The notes under the pieces are model-generated. The model worked only from the letters and a program-made list of their open reading frames with translations. It ran no database searches and was not told the origin of the DNA. Shown here one piece after another: positions 58,307 through 64,000 of a DNA stretch of 64,000 nt. Every line of letters starts with the position of its first letter. Positions within the stretch are counted from its first letter, which is position 1. The DNA is from Octopus sinensis (taxonomy: Eukaryota): assembly GCF_006345805.1 (NCBI RefSeq), contig NC_042998.1:135160001-135224000 (forward strand). Direction: 5' to 3'. A program made the position numbers and the translations under genes.

Positions 58307-58448
58307 ATAGATAGTATTAAGTATGCGGGTTGGTAAATATTTTTAAGTGGTGAATAATTTTGGAAGAAAAAGATAGCATAGAAAAAAAATAATATCTCAA
58401 TGTTACATTTGTTTACGTAGCCTAATATAAGTATATATGTAAGTAAGT

Positions 58449-58480
<32 letters not shown>

Positions 58481-60723
58481 TCTGTCTCTCTCTCTCTCTC
58501 ACACACACATAAAAACATACGGTGGGTGGGTGAGTGGTGAAACCTAACTATAATTCCTGCAAATGAATTTGTACGCTCATACATACTAGTACTATATTTG
58601 TATGTGTGTATGAGAGAGAAACGAAGTTAAGAGAGTGGCAAAGAGAGAGAGAGAGTAAGAAAACACTATGAATGTTTAAACACACACAGACACACACACA
58701 CACACTTAAACACGCACACATATTTAGCGCGCGCGTGAATGTGACTCTGGGTCTGTGTGTGTGCATGCATTCTAAGAATTCAAGCGAACTCATATCCAAA
58801 CGCAATCTATGTCCTTCCTTAGTGTTTCTATCTTCGTGTTTTACACAGGATCTTCCCAAAATGTTTTGGTTCTGAGTCTCTTTCTCTCTCTCTCTCTCTG
58901 TCTCTCTCTCTCTCTCTCGTAGTTATATACGCCTTGGAATGATGTAGTTATTCTAGTCGATAACAACATGCCAAAGTAAATCTTTAGAAGTGAATCGAGC
59001 CAACGAGGGGCCTCTACATGGTCGTGGCAGAAATAAGAGCAATATCCTCAACAAATCTCACGCCACCAGCTTGAAAAAAAATGGAAGGCAATATTGCATA
59101 ATGGAGTCCTAATGGCGGAATAATCCTCACATTAATGTCGTTGACTTCGATCACAGATCGTCTTGATTAGGGTTGACCTGGGTTAAAGAACAATTGCCAG
59201 AAGATGAAAAGAGTACTCTGTTAGTGGAAAAGAGGAATAAAAAGTCAGCAAAAAAAAAAGTGATGGTGGTGGGGAGCTCGGGGCAGAACTGGTAGAGTGT
59301 CTGTCAAAATATTTTGCGGTTTGAGTTCAAATCCTTTCAAGATCCACGTTCATTCTTCTGAAGTTGTAAAATAAACTAACAGTCAAATATCAGGGGTCAG
59401 TTTATATGTTAGAAGACATCTATCTTAGATACGAATGGAATTATAATGGAAGACAAGATGTAGTTAGGGTTAGGGTTTTTCTTAAATGATTATATTGGCG
59501 TGTAGTGAGGTAAAGCGAATTTTAACGTTGTATATGATTGTGTATACAAATGAAACGTTTCTCATAAAGGGCTGGAGTCTGTAAGGATTGAGGAGAGATA
59601 AACAAAGTGTTATGATTAATAGAAATGTTTCTAATTTAGACACAATGTCAGTAATTTTCAGGGTTTTGGACAGGGTCATCTATGTAGTACTATAGGCCTC
59701 TGGGTAAATCAATGCTCTGAGCCCTCTAGTATTTACTAACTGACAGCAAGCCGCAGCATATATAGATCATAATTAAACCCCTAGACTAGTGAGGCCATCG
59801 GGCAACTGCCAAGTGTGCGCATGCCTTAAGACGGCACTAGGGTTCAGGTTAGTAAAGTACATCGACCCTGGCACTTGAAGATAGTTTTAAACATCTTACA
59901 CACGTCCATCACAATGGCGAAGAACAATTATACGGATGTAAACCATATTCTGACTTTTAATTAATAAAAATGTAAGAGTGGAGCATAACAATTCGGTAAT
60001 AACTGGCAGTGGTGGGGCGGGGTTTCATATGGGCCATTTTGAGGAACACTGATTTAGTGTACAGAATAGTGGTATTTCACTCTTTTTCCAATGGCTCCGA
60101 AAAACAAAATGGCTTACAAAGTCTGAAGATACTGAAGTTTACCTCGAAATGTTGACTAACATGAGACGCCCACCCCTTTTACCAGTTAATAAGTTGACCT
60201 TGATTGATCTACTAAAAATAGCTACCAAAATTTCCCTCAAAATACGTCCAAAGGATACATTGGCTAATGCAGTATTTGGTGAAAAGGTCACGACTCGAAT
60301 ACTTTTATGCTTTTCATCCTCGATCTGCCAAATTGTTATATCAGAGAAGTGAGTGGCAGTAAAAGTAAAAATTTAGACTAAATCCCGCCAAGATCAACTT
60401 TTCATTTAATCCTTTTGGGCTCGAATAAACAGTGTTGCTATATTGAGATAAAAATAGCAGAATCTGATTTTTACTTTTTAGGAAATGCCTGTTATAATTT
60501 TAGGACTACAATTCACTCTGTTTTTTTTCTACTCTGGGGGTTATGAAGTTTGCTTCGCAACCACTTCATTTCGGGTTCAGTCCTGCAGCGTGTTCTACTA
60601 TAGGTCCAGGTCCGAGCAGACTAATAATTGATGAGTAAATTTGGCTGACAGAAACTGTGTGGAAGCTTGTATTCTGTACATACATGCATACATACATACA
60701 TACATGCATGCATGCATGCATGC

Positions 60724-60770
<47 letters not shown>

Positions 60771-61150
60771 CATACAAACAGATGAGTGTGTGCGCGCGCG
60801 AGCGTGTGTAAAATTCTTTTTGGGAATTGGTTCTCGAATCACATAAACGCTATAAATAACAGCATGTAAATACTGGGTTCTATTGCATAGAAAAAGTGGA
60901 AGACGACTCGCAGGACTCCAACCCTCATCTGTAGACACGACTGGTGTTCTATCTTTGGATCAAAGCAATCCTTCGGATTTTCCTACTTATTTTAGAACCC
61001 TTTTCCTTACCACCGAGAATTATATGTTGTTATGACCATAAGAATATTATAAACCCTCGAGAGAATGTGGAATAATTTTTTGGGGGAATTCTCACGTAAG
61101 TTTAAACATTCTTCTGACGTTAAATAAATGTATGTCTGTGTATTTATATA

Positions 61151-62438
61151 CCGGGTGCGTAAGGTGTTTGAGGACATACTTTTTTGGGTCGTTGCGGCAT
61201 TTTTTGCTAACTCTGTATAAACTTTGTTTCAGAAAATAATAATGGCAGACCCTCAGCTTACTCAAGAAATGAAGAGGCATGCTGTTATTGTGGTTATAAA
61301 GGCTGAGCATAGCGATTTAGAAATATCTCAATTTTTAAAAGTTGCCAGATCTTTCGTCTACAAAGTTTGTAAGGAGCTAGAGACTGAAGATAGAAACATA
61401 TCACCAATATCAAAACATAGATAATATTTGGAAACATATCACCAATATCAAAACATAAAAAGCATACTAAACGCTCTGAAATCATCAGAACACCTGAATT
61501 TATCCAAGTTTAACAGACAATTCATTACAATCCCAGGTCATGAGGTCAATTGCAAACGATCTTCGTGTGTCAGAAGGAATAGTCAGAAATTTTGTCCACG
61601 AAGACATCAGATAAGTCTTATATGATGAGGAAAGGTCAATTTGTCCGAAAAAGCGAAAGAAAATCACTACATCAGATCTAAAAAGCTCTTAAACAAACTG
61701 AAAAAAATCCAGCAGAAGATGATTTGATTTGGTTTTTCTCAAACAAGAAAAACTTCGACCAAGATCAAAAAGTTAACAGAAGAAATGACAGATGCTTATT
61801 TGCAGACCCTTCTGAAGTTCCAAGTGTTATGCATACAACATTTCCTGAAACTGTCATGGTTTTAGAGGTTGTCAGCAATGAAGGATATATGATGCCTCCT
61901 TACTTCTTTCCACAAGGCCTTAGAGTTAACTCTGCCGCCTACATTGAGGTCATGGAAATAATTGTTAAGCCCTGTATTGACAGTGTATGCAATGGAAGAC
62001 CATAAGTATTTCAGTAAGACTCTGCACTATCACACATGGCTCTAGTAACACAGGAATGGATGGCTGAAAATTTTCATGATCACATAACCCCTGACATTTG
62101 ACCTCCTAATTCCCCAAATTTCAATCCATTGGACTATTACACGTGGAGAGAGGTCAAGGAACACGCCCATAACTCCAAAGATTCTCTGAAAGCCGCCATA
62201 GTCAGAGTAATGTCCAAAATGAACCAGGACAACTTGATTCGAAGATGTAGATGATTTAGATCTCATATAGAAGCCGTTGTTGAAGCTGAAGGTGATTTTA
62301 TTGAATAGCATTATAAAAAAGAAGGTTTATTTCTATCCTCATAGCATTTTTTGATAAATAGAGTTATTATCTGCTATTATATATCTGGTTTTTTTTTTAA
62401 TAAATATAAATCTGTGCTCAAATATCTTACGCACTCTG
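61151..62438 (+). mobile_element. maT/DD37D-like transposon, full-length decayed copy
   Basis: TIRs TA|CCGGGTGCGTAAGGTGTTTGAGGACA and TGTGCTCAAATATCTTACGCACTCTG|TA. Frames include WFFSNKKNFDQDQKVNRRNDR, MPPYFFPQGLRVN and PPNSPNFNPLDYY. Confidence 0.88.
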
Positions 62439-62541
<103 letters not shown>

Positions 62542-62823
62542 TGTGTTTTTGTGTGTCCGTGTATGTGTATGTGTGTGTGTATATATATATATAACTTACT
62601 TGGAAAAGGACGCGTGGCGTTCGATCATATGCATATATACCTACATGTACATACCAACATATATATGTATATATACATGCATATATGGGTACAGGACATC
62701 AATAAAACGTAGACACAGTGAGAAACGAATACATAAAAACAAAAACATAGAAAACGAACTTTTTTCGAACAACGAAAAAAAAAACAGAAACGAGACATTC
62801 AACATAAAGACAAGACGTTCTTT

Positions 62824-63315
62824 TCATCATTCATCATCATTGTTCGACCGTGGTCGAGACAATGGAATTTACTATGTTACGCCAGACTTCACGGTCCATC
62901 ATAGCATTACGGAGGTCCTGTTGCTGGATGCCTGTATCCCTGGAGATTACATCAGGGTAGGAGAGTGTGCGCCCTCTGGTATTGCGAGTAGATGGCTTCC
63001 AGAGGAGAAGAGTAGAAATTACTTCTTTTTCAGCTCTACAACAATGTCCAGCAAACTGGACTCTCCTACCTTTCACAAGAGATGACACAGGTGGTAATTT
63101 CCCATATATTTGCATTTTGGTTGGATGGCGCTTCCACGAGAGATTTTGAGCTCTCATAAGGAGGCGAGTGTAGGTTCCATCCAACCGCCTCTCAAGCTTC
63201 TTTGATAACGTCCAGGTTTCTGAGCCATATAGTAGAATTGGTTCGACTGTGGCTTTGAATATTTCAAGTTTGAAGTCTCTACTTAGATTTGATGACCAGA
63301 TCTTATGCATGTCTT
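62824..63315 (-). mobile_element. 5'-truncated RTE-clade LINE with (TGA)n tail
   Basis: Open frame KLEIFKATVEPILLYGSETWTL..RLDGTYTRLL..RRVQFAGHCCR, with the stop running into TGA repeats. Confidence 0.9.
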
Positions 63316-63452
63316 TTACTTGTCTCTTCTCAAAGCTCGTTTTTCTAGCGTTCATAATCTTCACATCATCTTGGCTTAACAGTCCTTACCGTTTGTTTTT
63401 ACTGTCTTGTTCTCACTGTCCTATTTTTGTTACCACTTTCATCATCCGCAGA

Positions 63453-63611
63453 TGTGTGGTAAGAAACTTGCCTCCCAACCACATGGTTCCGGGTTTAGTC
63501 CCACTGCGTGGCACCTTGGGCAAGTTTCTTCTAGTATAGTCTTCGGACCGACCAAAGCCTTGTGAGTGGATTTGGTAGATGGAAACTGAAAGAAGCCCGT
63601 CATATATACAT

Positions 63612-63685
<74 letters not shown>

Positions 63686-63895
63686 GTGGTGTGTGAGTAT
63701 GGTGTGTGTGTCCTCCCGCTATCTCTTGACAACCGATGCTGGTATGTTTATGTCCCCGTAGTTTAGCGGTGCGGCAAACCGATAGAATAAGTACTAAGCT
63801 TACAAAGAATAAGTCCTGGGGTCGATTTGTTCGACTAAAACCCTTTAAGGCGGTGCTCAGCATGGCTGCAGTCAAATGACTGAAACAAATAAAAG
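63453..63895 (+). mobile_element. Type-B SINE, near full length, internal (TA)n
   Basis: TGTGTGGTAAGAAACTTGCCTCCCAACCACATGGTTCCGGGTTTAGTCCCACTGCGTGGCACCTTGGGCAAG...CAGTCAAATGACTGAAACAA. Confidence 0.85.
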
Positions 63896-63956
<61 letters not shown>

Positions 63957-64000
63957 ACACACACATACACATACACACGCACACACACACGCACACATAC

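Overview
Eukaryotic, AT-rich and repeat-dense DNA. The SINE families, microsatellite load and transposon mix point to an octopod cephalopod genome, probably Octopus (inferred from family recognition, not from a search). The only supportable host gene is the 3' end of a GOLGA2/GM130 golgin on the + strand: five coding exons at 1369-6739, stop at 6739. It lies in a CpG-depleted domain that ends near 13 kb. The remainder looks intergenic: tRNA-derived SINEs of at least four modular types, Chapaev3, Tc1, mariner and maT-like DNA transposon relics, hAT MITEs, two non-autonomous Helitrons, LINE fragments (Tx1-like, RTE, R4/Dong-like), Penelope-like element (PLE) relics, a near-perfect 43-bp minisatellite and large microsatellite fields. 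Nearly all ORFs in the supplied track are microsatellite artefacts. The most notable signals are: (i) a PLE relic whose GIY-YIG nuclease has a long in-frame Thr/Pro-rich segment before YIG and whose 3' region holds a canonical type I hammerhead ribozyme; (ii) further minimal hammerheads, including a U3-A8 covariant; (iii) a SINE 3' tail shared with the Tx1-like LINE 3' end.
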